From assembly GCA_963845245.1 (NCBI GenBank), contig CAWJRJ010000024.1, positions 108,322 through 172,321 of the forward strand: a stretch of 64,000 bases of DNA. Direction: 5' to 3'. The notes beneath the pieces are model-generated. The model searched no databases and had not been told where the DNA came from. It saw nothing but the letters and a program-made list of their open reading frames with translations. This document shows positions 37,163 through 47,418 of this stretch, one piece after another. The position numbers were made by a program, and so were the translations under genes. Each line of letters begins with the position of its first letter. Positions within the stretch are counted from its first letter, which is position 1. Source of the DNA: Nitrospirota bacterium. Lineage in GTDB: Bacteria > Nitrospirota > JACRHJ01.

Positions 37163-39253
37163 TTACCACCAGTTCGGCGTGCTCCTGTTTGAAGCGTGGC
37201 ATCTAACATTTGAGCAAGTTACATTCGAGCCGGATGTCGTTACATTAATGGTGAAGTTGCCGCCGCCGCAGGCCGCATTTCCGTTACCCTGAAGCGTGAC
37301 GGTGTTAGACTTGTGATTGGGGTCATACACGTGACACTTGCCGCACCTTGTCGGGTCGTTAACCATCGTGGTATAGTCGTCGGTCGCCGCATTGTATCCG
37401 GTCGCAGGCAGATGTATGTAGGTAGCTCCGTCGGCCCTGACTGAGTGGCCGTTTCCAGCAGGCCAGTCGTTCGTGGCAGAACCCGGATACGGGTGGCATG
37501 TGTCGCAGCTCAATATGCTGGGACCGCTCCAATTCCTGCTGCCTGTCGTGCTGTGGCAGGCGACATTAGCACAGCTATCGTCGGCAGTACTGACCTTGCC
37601 TGTCGTGCCGCCGTTGCTCCACGTACCGCCGTTCCAGTAGATCGGCGAGGATGTATCGATATAAGCAGTATCCAGGTTCTCCGGATGCGGGGTGCCGGGC
37701 TTGGTGCCGTGACAGGTGCCGCAGGCGGCCTGACCGCTCAAGCCGAACTTGGTAAGAATATATCCCATATGATTGGCATGCTTGTCGCCATCGCCGGGCC
37801 ATCCGTAGGAGGTAGGAACACTGCCGGCAGCAGGCGGCATCCCGTGGCAGGTGGTGCATCCGGTGGCCTGGAAGCCGCTTGCATGCGAGTGGCACTTCAG
37901 GCAGTTGTCGGATGTATGATGTGTCGTACCGGTATTGTCCGACTTGTGATAGGTGGTAGCCGCGTGGCAGGCTTCGCAGACACTCGTTCCGTTCTGGTTG
38001 CCGAAGCTGTTGTCGCCGGAGAATGTGCGGAATGTGATAGTCTTTCCGTTTATCACGTTCTTTATAAGCATTATGTTGTTGTCGTTATGGGTACCGTGGC
38101 AGTCAATGCAGACGGTCGGGGTCAAATGCTTGGCACCGTTGTGGATGTTGACCGAACCAGCCGTTGTGAAGCCGTCAAGCCTCGTCTTGTGGCAGTCGCC
38201 ACAGAGCCTCTGGTCGTCCGACTCACGCATTATCTGGCCATTTTTGGAAGCAGCGTTGTGGGGGTCGTGGCAGGAGGTGCATAATACCTTGCCATCCTCC
38301 AAATATGCGTTGCCTGTTGCAGAAGATTTGAGGGTGTTATTAAGGCCTGACCTGTTGCCGTAAGTTACGTTGACCGGGTGGCCGTTCTTGGCGCCGGTGC
38401 CGGGTTCGTGCGAAACGCTACGTGAGAGGCGGTCGTTGTGACAATCGAAGCATATTGCATTCGCCGTGTTGTCTACCCTCATGTACGGCTGTGGGATCTC
38501 CACATATATATACTTTCCGGCCTGAGAGGTGTTAAAGGTGATAGTGGCGCTAAGGGGATTATAGGTATACTCTGACGGGTCCACAAGATACGTCAGGTTT
38601 ATGTAACGTGTATTAGTAGGCCTTGCTAAGACCGGGGATGATGAACGATAGACCTTTATATACTTGGCAAGGTACTGGGAGGTGTTGGGATAGCCGGATA
38701 TGGTGTAGCTGTTGCCGCTCTGAAGGGTCGCTGAAACCCAGTTCTCGATGTTCTGGGTGACGGGGGTGGTCACCTTGGTCATGGCGCTATGGCAGGTCTG
38801 GCATGTGACCCGGTGATCCGTACCCGGCATTTTGACAGTCCCGTTGAAACCAGTTGCGGTCGGGGTGCGGGTCCCGGCATTAAGGTTCTTGCCGTTCCAG
38901 CTGTGCGAATCGCCGGCATTGCCTATCTGGATGGTCGTGCTACCATGATATAAATTGTTGGACGGTGAGCCCGCGGACTTGTTGTGAGCCTCGCCAGATG
39001 TGTTGTGGCAGGTAAGGCAATAGTTGGTCATGTCCGCTGAGCCTCCCGTACCAAGGTCGGCGGGCAAGAACGTGTTCCTTGTCAGATGGCATGCCGCACC
39101 ACTGCTGCAGCCCCCGTAATAGCGTCCAGTGTTTGAGGTGTCGCTTACATCAGGCCGGTAGTCCGCATGGGGACCATCCACCGCGCCAGCGATGCTATAG
39201 GCGCCTGTCAGTATTGCCAGGGCTATCATCACCGTAAATAACGTCCTTTTCAT
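37163..39253 (-). CDS. Multiheme cytochrome c, 15 motifs (12 CxxCH, 2 CX4CH, 1 CX5CH)
   Basis: Signal peptide; paired CTSCHDPH...LCGDCH unit; ends TPNWW. Confidence 0.9.
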   Translation of the reverse strand: MKRTLFTVMIALAILTGAYSIAGAVDGPHADYRPDVSDTSNTGRYYGGCSSGAACHLTRNTFLPADLGTGGSADMTNYCLTCHNTSGEAHNKSAGSPSNNLYHGSTTIQIGNAGDSHSWNGKNLNAGTRTPTATGFNGTVKMPGTDHRVTCQTCHSAMTKVTTPVTQNIENWVSATLQSGNSYTISGYPNTSQYLAKYIKVYRSSSPVLARPTNTRYINLTYLVDPSEYTYNPLSATITFNTSQAGKYIYVEIPQPYMRVDNTANAICFDCHNDRLSRSVSHEPGTGAKNGHPVNVTYGNRSGLNNTLKSSATGNAYLEDGKVLCTSCHDPHNAASKNGQIMRESDDQRLCGDCHKTRLDGFTTAGSVNIHNGAKHLTPTVCIDCHGTHNDNNIMLIKNVINGKTITFRTFSGDNSFGNQNGTSVCEACHAATTYHKSDNTGTTHHTSDNCLKCHSHASGFQATGCTTCHGMPPAAGSVPTSYGWPGDGDKHANHMGYILTKFGLSGQAACGTCHGTKPGTPHPENLDTAYIDTSSPIYWNGGTWSNGGTTGKVSTADDSCANVACHSTTGSRNWSGPSILSCDTCHPYPGSATNDWPAGNGHSVRADGATYIHLPATGYNAATDDYTTMVNDPTRCGKCHVYDPNHKSNTVTLQGNGNAACGGGNFTINVTTSGSNVTCSNVRCHASNRSTPNWW

Positions 39254-39387
39254 GTTTACACCGCCTTTTCTAAAAAATAAGGGTTATATTTGAATCCTAA
39301 ACCTGATTTTTGCTTAGTTTTCTATAAATAGTGTTAGCCCAAAATTACAGCTATATACTTAATGAAAATACTTGTATTGATAACGTA

Positions 39388-39403
39388 TGCAAATAATATA
39401 CCC
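39388..39403 (-). promoter_or_regulatory. Sigma-54 (-24/-12) promoter candidate for the cytochrome operon
   Basis: Minus strand GGGTATATTATTTGCA: GG-N10-GC with TTGCA, in an AT-rich gap next to a sigma-54 activator gene. Confidence 0.6.
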
Positions 39404-39530
39404 GATAAGAGTAAGCATTTATTCTAAAACTTAACAGCAATTGCACCTATCTTTATAAGACATTGATTTCACTAAAATACCAAACATACTGTATGCATAC
39501 ATCAGCTGTATACCCTAGTACAACTTAATC

Positions 39531-39560
39531 AAAAAAAAACTGCGGGTTACGCAGTTTTTA
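39531..39560 (-). terminator. Probable terminator of the two-component genes (or a palindromic operator)
   Basis: AAAAACTGCG-TAACC-CGCAG followed by a T9 tract on the minus strand. Confidence 0.55.
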
Positions 39561-39628
39561 GAGGGACGGGCTATTTTTAGGTTTAATTATTAAGACATCA
39601 GGAAGAAACAGGGGAGAAATAAGAGATT

Positions 39629-39668
39629 TGTGCGTAAACACTCATCGGTCAATGAGTGAATTCACTCA
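39629..39668. promoter_or_regulatory. Tandem candidate enhancer (UAS) sites
   Basis: Perfect palindrome TGAGTGAATTCACTCA (39653-39668) and an 11/16 copy TGTGCGTAAACACTCA (39629-39644). Confidence 0.5.
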
Positions 39669-39671
39669 AAT

Positions 39672-41048
39672 CTATAGCAGGCCAAACTTCTTCATCCTGC
39701 GGCGGAATGCATCTCTTTGTACACCGAGGAGGTCTGCAGCTTTGCTCTGGTTTCCGCCAGCAACCGAAAGCGCCTGTTTTACCAGTTCCTCCTCAACCCT
39801 CTCTAGAGACATACCGTCCGTGGGTATGCTTAGACCCGCGCTATCGACTTTAGGGGCTGGAATGCTACTGGAGACAAGCTCTATTGGCAGGTGTTCAAGT
39901 AGTAAGATATCCTCACTTTCGAGTATCATGGCGCGCTCAATTACGTTTTTAAGTTCACGGACATTGCCAGGCCACTCGTACTGAACCAGGAACTCCCTGG
40001 CCTTCTCGGAGATCTCTTTGACATTTTTGTGGAATTCCGTATTAAACGTCTCTATAAAATGTTTTGCCAGCGGTAGTATGTCCTCCTTGCGCTCACGCAG
40101 CGGAGGCAGAAAAATGGGGACTACCTGAAGCCGGTAATAGAGGTCTTTCCTGAACCTGCCCTCATCCATTAGCCTCTTCACGTCCTGGTTTGTAGCGGAT
40201 ATTATCCTGACATCCACAGATATATCTTTAGAGCCGCCTACTCGCTTAAAGGTCCTATCCTCTAATACCCGGAGCAGTTTTGCCTGCATGGAGTAAGCCA
40301 TATCCCCGACTTCGTCCAAAAATACGGACCCGCCGTCCGCAAGCTCAAGCAGCCCCTTTTTCTGGACCTTGGCGTCAGTAAATGCCCCTTTCTCGTGCCC
40401 CAGGAGTTCGGACTCAAGCAGGTTTTCAGGCAGGGCGGCGCAGTTTATAGCCATAAAGGGTTTGTCGGCCCTGGAACTGCCCATATGCACGGCTCTGGCT
40501 ACCAGCTCCTTACCAGTCCCTGACTCTCCCTGAATCAAAACAGTGGTGGCGTCCGACTGGGCTATCTTGCGTATCATGTCCAAAACACCCTGTATTGCCG
40601 CACTTTTCCCGATTATGTTATATGCCTTGAGACTTGATTTCTGCTGCTCCTTAAGAATCCGCACCTCTTCACGGAGAGACTTGGTCTCAAGCGCTTTTTT
40701 TATGGTCAGTGTTATCTCATCCAAGTTGAAAGGCTTGCTAATATAGTCGAAGGCTCCAAGTTTCATTGCCTTTACGGCTGTCTCCAGAAGGCCATGGGCG
40801 GTAATCATTATTACTACTATATCCTTGTCGACCTCCTTTATTTTCCCAAGGACGTCTATTCCCATCATTCCGGGTAGCTGGTTATCAAGCAAAACAAGAT
40901 GCGGCATGACATCAGGAAGAAGTTCAAGCGCCTTTTCACCGCTTTCGGCTGTTACTGTCTCGTATCCTTCCTTTTTTAGATGCTGTTCGAGTGTCCATCT
41001 GATAAGGTGCTCGTCATCGACAACCAATATTTTTGCCTTGTCCATCAT
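39672..41048 (-). CDS. Sigma-54-dependent response regulator (NtrC/AtoC family: REC-AAA-HTH)
   Basis: ILVVDDE, GESGTGKE, GAFTDA, FLDEVG, WPGNVREL, C-terminal Fis-type HTH. Confidence 0.95.
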   Translation of the reverse strand: MMDKAKILVVDDEHLIRWTLEQHLKKEGYETVTAESGEKALELLPDVMPHLVLLDNQLPGMMGIDVLGKIKEVDKDIVVIMITAHGLLETAVKAMKLGAFDYISKPFNLDEITLTIKKALETKSLREEVRILKEQQKSSLKAYNIIGKSAAIQGVLDMIRKIAQSDATTVLIQGESGTGKELVARAVHMGSSRADKPFMAINCAALPENLLESELLGHEKGAFTDAKVQKKGLLELADGGSVFLDEVGDMAYSMQAKLLRVLEDRTFKRVGGSKDISVDVRIISATNQDVKRLMDEGRFRKDLYYRLQVVPIFLPPLRERKEDILPLAKHFIETFNTEFHKNVKEISEKAREFLVQYEWPGNVRELKNVIERAMILESEDILLLEHLPIELVSSSIPAPKVDSAGLSIPTDGMSLERVEEELVKQALSVAGGNQSKAADLLGVQRDAFRRRMKKFGLL

Positions 41049-41067
41049 TTTCCTCTGTCCTGTCCCC

Positions 41068-42624
41068 TTAACCTGTTAAAGCCGGAAAGCCTTCTTTGAT
41101 AACCGGCAGATATATGGTAAAAGTTGTGCCATTCCCCGGGGATGAATCGACAGTGATCCCCCCTCCGTGCTGTTCGACTATCTTTTGGGTAATTGACAAT
41201 CCCAACCCCGTCCCCTGTTGCCTTGTGGTGAAGAAGGGATTAAATATCTTGTCGAGGTTCTCCACGTTGATACCCTTGCCCGTATCAGTAATACAAACTG
41301 CAAGGGCCTCATGTCTGGCCTCCGGATGGTTGAGTAGGTCGTCCTTGTCCTCGGCATGCCCCATTCTGTGCAAGACATAGTCCGACGTTATCTCAGCTTT
41401 GGTCTTGATGACAAGCTCTCCCCCACCCTGCATGGCCTGTACCCCGTTCAGGATGATGTTCAAAAAGACCTGTTGGAGAAGTTCCGGGTCACCGGAAATT
41501 TTGGGCATGTTTTCCGAATATTCTTTCCGCAGCCGCACCCCGTTTTTTCCGAACTGTGGTGTAAGAAATGCGGTTATTTTATCGAGTAGGACATTTATGT
41601 CAACCTGGGTCAGGTTGGGCATCGGAGGCCTTGAAAATGACAAAAGGTTTTTCACCGCCTTGTCGAGCCGGTCTATCTGGTCAAGTACCTCCTTGATTAT
41701 GGTCTGCCTGGTATCGTCCTCAGGAAGGTCCCGACCGAGTATTTGTATCACTCCCGCTATGCCGGCCAGAGGGTTCTTTATCTCGTGTGCTATACCAGCG
41801 GCCATCTCGCCCACCGTAGCAAGCCGGTCAGCCTTTTTCATCTGTTCATAATGGAGCTTTTCAACCTTTTTCTTCGCTTTGTTCAACTTTATAATCATTG
41901 AGTTGAAACTGTGGGCTAGTCGGCCAAGCTCGTCCTCGGAGGTGACCTTGGCCCGTACGTCAAGACCCTCTTCGGCCTTTGCCATGGTGTTCATCAGGTC
42001 TGTTATAGGGTTCGTAACTATTTTGGAAAGGAGCGCGGAAAGGGCCAGTGCCAAGGAGAATATTATGGCTATGGCCCAGATTACCATGGTCTTTTTGAGC
42101 CTGCCAACGTGCTCCTTCATTTCGGCGAGAGAAACGTCGACCTCAAGGACTCCATTGACCTTTTGGCTAGGAACATGGCAGTGAAAACATTCCGGCCTGT
42201 TAAGAATCGGCCTGAAGTTCCTGAGCATAGTCTCGCCCTTTTCATCCTTATCCTCTATGATGAAGCTTGGTTCATCCTCGAGGTTCCTGGAACTGAAGTC
42301 CAGGCTGGCTTTTTTCCCGATCTCATAAACCCTTGCCGAACGAAGTATGGTGCCTTCGGTGTCGAGAAGCCGGACACCACCTATCTTGTTGTGTGTACCA
42401 ACCATTTCCACTATGCGCTGCACGTCGTGGCTTCGGCCTTCAAGCATTGCGGTGTTAAGCGAGCGCTCGATGGTATTTGCAAGGATCGTAACTTTTTCCT
42501 CTGTAAGCTTCCTTAGCTCATGTATCTGAAAATCTATGCTCAGCCATGTGCCAAAACCAATGGCTGTGACGATCACCGCTATTGTGAATACTGTTATCTT
42601 GGTCTTCAGACTTCTAAAAAACAT
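41068..42624 (-). CDS. Sensor histidine kinase with periplasmic CxxCH heme motif and HAMP domain
   Basis: Two TM segments flanking a domain with CFHCH; DELGRLA HAMP; AHEIKNPL, DTGKG, PFFTT, GTGLGL. Confidence 0.93.
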   Translation of the reverse strand: MFFRSLKTKITVFTIAVIVTAIGFGTWLSIDFQIHELRKLTEEKVTILANTIERSLNTAMLEGRSHDVQRIVEMVGTHNKIGGVRLLDTEGTILRSARVYEIGKKASLDFSSRNLEDEPSFIIEDKDEKGETMLRNFRPILNRPECFHCHVPSQKVNGVLEVDVSLAEMKEHVGRLKKTMVIWAIAIIFSLALALSALLSKIVTNPITDLMNTMAKAEEGLDVRAKVTSEDELGRLAHSFNSMIIKLNKAKKKVEKLHYEQMKKADRLATVGEMAAGIAHEIKNPLAGIAGVIQILGRDLPEDDTRQTIIKEVLDQIDRLDKAVKNLLSFSRPPMPNLTQVDINVLLDKITAFLTPQFGKNGVRLRKEYSENMPKISGDPELLQQVFLNIILNGVQAMQGGGELVIKTKAEITSDYVLHRMGHAEDKDDLLNHPEARHEALAVCITDTGKGINVENLDKIFNPFFTTRQQGTGLGLSITQKIVEQHGGGITVDSSPGNGTTFTIYLPVIKEGFPALTG

Positions 42625-42642
42625 CTACCCTCTTAATAATAA

Positions 42643-43224
42643 CTATTGCTGGCCTGGCACTGGTGTCGGGCTTGGCGCCGGTGTCGGGCCCGGCGCCGGC
42701 GTTTGACCCGGCGGCGTTGTCTGGCCAGGCGTCAGTATAGGTTGACCCGGCGCGCCCGGAACGTACTTGAATATCCACTCGGAGTACTTGGTCTTACCCT
42801 TGAAATCGGAGTCGACAAGGTCGAAGTTATCTTGTTTTAGTGGCTCAGCGTCGCTTGCGCTGTGCACACCTATTATGCGGCCATTGTCCCCTAGGACAAG
42901 CACCCAGTCGTCCTTGCCCGTCATGGGATCTGTATATATCTGCCTCAGGTACCTCTTGACTCCAGCACTCCTGGGATCTTTAATAAGGTCGTTAAGCTCT
43001 GTCGGGTAAGGGGTTGGATGACCCTGTGGAACGGCATAGCTTCTCGAATAGAGACCAATAGCATTTCTAAACTGGTGGCCCCGCCAGATAAGTTCCTTCT
43101 CCTTTTCCGCCTTTGATGCAGCCCGCCAGCTTGGCCCGACAATGCCTGTCATAATGCCGATGATGATCATCGCGATGAGAAGCCCCAAATAGGTAAAACC
43201 AGCGGTTCCAGATACCCTGTTCAT
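42643..43224 (-). CDS. Minor pseudopilin lacking Glu+5, with Pro-rich tail
   Basis: G|FTYLGLL cleavage site; YPTELNDL, YLRQIYTDPMTG. Confidence 0.8.
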   Translation of the reverse strand: MNRVSGTAGFTYLGLLIAMIIIGIMTGIVGPSWRAASKAEKEKELIWRGHQFRNAIGLYSRSYAVPQGHPTPYPTELNDLIKDPRSAGVKRYLRQIYTDPMTGKDDWVLVLGDNGRIIGVHSASDAEPLKQDNFDLVDSDFKGKTKYSEWIFKYVPGAPGQPILTPGQTTPPGQTPAPGPTPAPSPTPVPGQQ

Positions 43225-43226
43225 AC

Positions 43227-43631
43227 TCACCACTCGTTATACGGTTTCCCATTCAGCCCAACTGCGGTACTGTTGCTGTGGACATCGTATATTCCGCCAG
43301 CAGGCTCGTCAGGGTTGCTGCTCTCAAATGGGACTGTTTGCCATTGGTTAGAGTTTGTCATCGGGTCAACAGGCACACCCCGCATATAACCTTTGGTTAC
43401 AACGTCATCAAGGCTATCCGGATATTTGCCATTATCCGCATAATACTGGTCAAGGACACTCCTTAGGTTGTAGAGGTCTTCCTTGAGTGCCGCCTCCCTT
43501 GATTTTGTCACCGCCGTCTTGTAGCTCGGCTGTGCAAGGGTGGCCAATATGCCTATAATGGCGATGACTATCATTAGTTCAAGCAGGGTAAAACCTTTTT
43601 CGCCTAACCTTTTAAACATTTTAACCGCCAT
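43227..43631 (-). CDS. gspG: GspG-like major pseudopilin (OxpG type)
   Basis: G|FTLLELMIV, REAALKEDL, YPDSL, VPVDPMT. Confidence 0.85.
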   Translation of the reverse strand: MAVKMFKRLGEKGFTLLELMIVIAIIGILATLAQPSYKTAVTKSREAALKEDLYNLRSVLDQYYADNGKYPDSLDDVVTKGYMRGVPVDPMTNSNQWQTVPFESSNPDEPAGGIYDVHSNSTAVGLNGKPYNEW

Positions 43632-43632
43632 T

Positions 43633-44130
43633 CTACCAGTCTTTGTATTTCGTCCCGTCAAGGGCCGTCTCTTCGCTCAGGGAGTAAACGTCAAAGACGT
43701 CTTGTCCACCCCAAGTTGAGCTGTCCGGCTCGTCCTCATTACTCCTTTTTCCCCATTCCGTATTACCCGTCATCGGGTCTACCGGGATCCTCCTCAATAT
43801 CCGTATTTTGGAGGGGAGGGGTGCGGCCGAAGCGCTGCCCGGTATCGGAGCAGTGTTGGTTATTATTATGAGCTTGGTCAGGTCCTCCAGCGTCTTGGGG
43901 TAACCTGTCCCGCCCGCCTCGCGCGGTATCCTGCCTTCTTCGGAAAGCTTCTTGTAATAATCGATCCCGTCCCTCATAATCCGGAGCTCCCGCCTAAGGG
44001 CTATCTCCTTTGACCTCTTGACAGAAACCCTGAATATAGGCATGGCAACGGAGGCAAGCACTGATATCACCGCCATCACCACTACTAGTTCGGTCAGTGT
44101 TATGCCCTTTACGCACTTAAAAATTCGCAT
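43633..44130 (-). CDS. GspG-like pseudopilin
   Basis: G|ITLTELVVV, GYPKTLEDL, LRRIPVDPMTG, DGTKYKDW. Confidence 0.85.
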   Translation of the reverse strand: MRIFKCVKGITLTELVVVMAVISVLASVAMPIFRVSVKRSKEIALRRELRIMRDGIDYYKKLSEEGRIPREAGGTGYPKTLEDLTKLIIITNTAPIPGSASAAPLPSKIRILRRIPVDPMTGNTEWGKRSNEDEPDSSTWGGQDVFDVYSLSEETALDGTKYKDW

Positions 44131-44141
44131 TATACATCCTG

Positions 44142-46543
44142 CTACTTTATATACAGGGTCCCGGTTTTTAGGTCAGCGCTTACGGGTTGTTTGTTCGCGT
44201 CTTTAAGCATGTTCTGCTTGAACACGAGCGGGCTGATCCCAGGCGCCTTACCCTTGAACGTAAGAGAGAATAGTTTGCCGGAACCTGAGACCCCCTGTAC
44301 TTTCCCAAGTCTGGTAATGAATACGTCAATGAAGCCGACCTTGTCATTAGCCGTGGCAGTAAAAGAGGTCGGCTTACCATCCACTTTCATAAAATCTCCC
44401 TCCTCGGCCTTAACGAACTCTACAAGCTTGGGGTTGTATATTATTGAAAGTGGGGCTTCGAACACCGAATCAAGGTCTGTAGCCATCACGTCAACAGTGA
44501 GCTCCTGCCCAACTTCAACCGGCACGACTTCCGGGGCAAAACTTATAACGCCAACCCGCCCGATCTTCTGGGAAGGCATTGCAGGTGACTGGCCTTCTGG
44601 GAGCTCGGTTTTCTTGGGCTTACCGGGCTGCACAGGCTGGCCAGGTTGGGGCTGTGCCGTAGTAGGCCTGACTACCACCTGTTCATCATCTTCCGGCACA
44701 GAGAGTTTCTCTTTCTTCTCCTCAAATAGCGGCTTGGTATCAAACGCCTCCTCAGTGCCTGAGTAAAAGGACGAGTAATCATCGGAGGGTAACACCTGCG
44801 GGCGGACGATATGCGGCGTCATGGTCATAATAATCTCATTCTTTGAGTTTGGCCCGATGGTATTAGTAGAGAATATCTTGCCTAATATCGGTACATCCAT
44901 AACACCTGCAATTCCACTGATATTGTTAGATTGTCAAGGTGTCGAGGAGGCCGCCTATTACCACCGTCTCGCCGTCCTTCAGGCTCAGGACCGACTCCGC
45001 GGTGTTGGTATTGAAGGTCGGCTGGGAAAAACCGCCAACCGTCTATATTTTGTCCAAGGGAACTCACCTCCAGTGTAGTCTTCAGTTTCACGCTGTTGTC
45101 CAGGCCTATGTCCGGCTCGACTGTGAGCTTAATGCCGACGTCCCTGTATTCAAAAGCAGTAGTGGTGCCCGCCGTGCCGGCATAGGTCGTCTGACCGGTC
45201 TGAACAGGTATCCTGCGGCCAATTAGTATCTTGGCCGGCTTGTTGTTGAGTACGCGGATACTCGGGTTAGTAAGTGTCTCATTGTGACACCTGCCCGCTC
45301 CCCAGTTTGCGGTCACGCTGGGGTATTGGAACCAGGTATTTTGCTTTATCGACTTGCTGTTTTTCAGGCCGTTGTTGAAATCGAGCACATTCGTAATTAC
45401 GCTACCTATTGCGGTAGGAGCAGTTGAAGGTCCAACTCAGGCTACGCCATACTAGGTGGTATATATGTGCCGGTAACGCTCTGGGGCAGTGTAAGACCAT
45501 ATGTGAGGTTTTCGCTTCTGTCTACAGACATGACCTGAACGTCTATGACAACCTCGGAGTCTTTGCGGTCGTTGACCTTTATCAGCTTCTCGGCGAGCTT
45601 AAGCTTCTCCGGGGTCTCCCTAAGCGTAATTGAATTCAGCTGATCGTTAACTATGACCTTCCTCGTCTCGAGCATGGTCCTGATTATGTTGACCATGTCC
45701 TTGGCCTGGATGCTGGAGAGGTAGAAAGTCTTTATCATGAGGTCCTGGTACTGGTCCTGCTTCGATTTTGTCTTCGGTATTATTATTATCGCGTCCTGCG
45801 CTATCTTCTTCATAAAGAGCTTGTTCGTCGCAAGCAGAAGCCCCAGGGCCTGTTTGAAGGATATGTCTTTGGCGAAAACGGTCACCGGCTGGTCTTTTAC
45901 ATCGTCGTCGAAAAGTATGCTGACGCCTGATAGTTTGGAGAGGAACTCGAAGACCTCCTTAAGCTTGGCGTCCTTGAAGCTGAGGGTTATCGGCTGGTCC
46001 GATGCAAGGGTAAGGCCCTCTTCATCGGTCCCGCTGAGCGCGGCCTTCTGTCTTGTTATCTTCTCGATGTACGACTTCGCTTCCGGCTGTTCAGGGTCAA
46101 CCTCCAAAGTCTTTGAGAACTCATCCAAAGCTTCGTTGGGACGGCCCGCGTAATAAAAGTTCCGGCCTGCCGCAAGGTGTCCTTGCAGTTCCTTTAACTT
46201 CCCGGCCTCCTTTAAGAGCTGCGCTGCCCGACCGTTGTCCGGCGAGAGGAGAAGGGCCTGCTGGGATTCGTATATGGCCACTTCTGCGTTTTTCGAGTCC
46301 AGGTACTGGGCTGCCCTGTTCACGTGCATGCTGTGTGGCATCCCTTTGAGCAGCAATCAGATGCGTCTTATAGGTTACGTTCTCGGGGTCCTCCTGCAGG
46401 GCCTGCCTGTAATAAGCCACCGCGCGGTCCAGGTCGCCCTCCACAACCATCTTATCACCCTTCTTGGCGGCGATGTCGCCTGCACACCCCGAAAACGCAA
46501 GCGCGAGAATTATAAGAATAAAAAGCCTGGCAGCTTTGACCAT
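44142..46543 (-). CDS. gspD: Secretin (GspD/PulQ-like) lipoprotein with TPR N-terminus and cohesin-like C-terminus, split by indels
   Basis: Lipobox FSG-C; TPRs; ITLSFKDA STN-like domain; YRDVGIKL and DVPILGKIFS...MTPHIVR secretin motifs; terminal YNPKLVEF...GSGKLFSLTF. Confidence 0.88.
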
Positions 46544-46561
46544 TATACCCCCCTTACAACA

Positions 46562-47418
46562 TCATTTAATTGAATAGCCCCCGACTGGCGGAGGTTGATT
46601 TCCTAAACCGGATTGCGTCACGCCGGTACTTGTGACTGGACTTTGAGCGGGCAGCGCCCCACCGCTTCCATATATTCCGCCGCCGCCATAGGATTCCGGC
46701 GTCCTCTGTCCAGGTGAGCGTCCCGGCCCTGGCATGGCACCACCCATACCCGGGTTAGGCTGCTGATAAGCAGGTGCGGATGAACCGGCCCGGCCTATGC
46801 CAGGAAGCACCACGCTCTTTGCATTCTTTCCGGAAAAATCAGCTGGAACCTTTACCTTGATACCGGTCTTCCTGTCCGAGACAATCACGGAGTCTTTTGC
46901 CACATCCTCCAAGTAGTAGTCTTTAGTTATAACATCGCCTTTTCCAACTATGTAGTTGCTATTTCCAAGGCTTAAAAAAACGTCTGTCCTCTGTTTGCGC
47001 TTCAAAAAACCAAGCACTTTAACCTTCTGCATCTCTTCCCTTGCGTTTTCAGCGTCGACCTCCTGCTGAGACTTTGGCGGAGGGGGGGAGGGAGGGGAGG
47101 AAGAGGCGTTACAGTGATGGCGCCTTTACCAGGCCTTTTCGACTTAGGCAGAGGCTTCTCAAGAACCGGCTTTTTGTATACAGGAACAAAGATGTTTTTA
47201 ACGGCTTTGTAAGGCTCGACCGTCCTTTTCAAGAGGTCGACGTCCACCCTTACCGCAGTGATCTTGTCCTTTGTGTCCGCCACTTTTTTTGCCGGGGCCT
47301 GTACGACAACCTTGCCGCTGTTACCACCTTTGAAAAAAGCATAGGCCCAATAAATTACAAGCGCCGAGACAAGCACTGCGAGGACGATGGCCTTTTTGTT
47401 TTCCTTAAACCACATCAT
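46562..47418 (-). CDS. PilP/GspC-position membrane-anchored secretion accessory protein (indel in G-run near 47085)
   Basis: One TM helix, KNIF, Pro-rich linker, KVLGFL...VFLS...GDVI beta domain. Confidence 0.6.

Noticed and set aside
21291..39253. N-glycosylation of the cytochromes from frequent N-x-S/T sequons
   Set aside because: The proteins are very rich in Asn, Ser and Thr, so many sequons are expected by chance; enrichment was not computed and no glycosylation genes are in the window.
40370..40390. GAFTDA instead of GAFTGA as a sign of an inactive activator
   Set aside because: The key F and T are kept, the other AAA motifs are intact, and this variant is not unusual.
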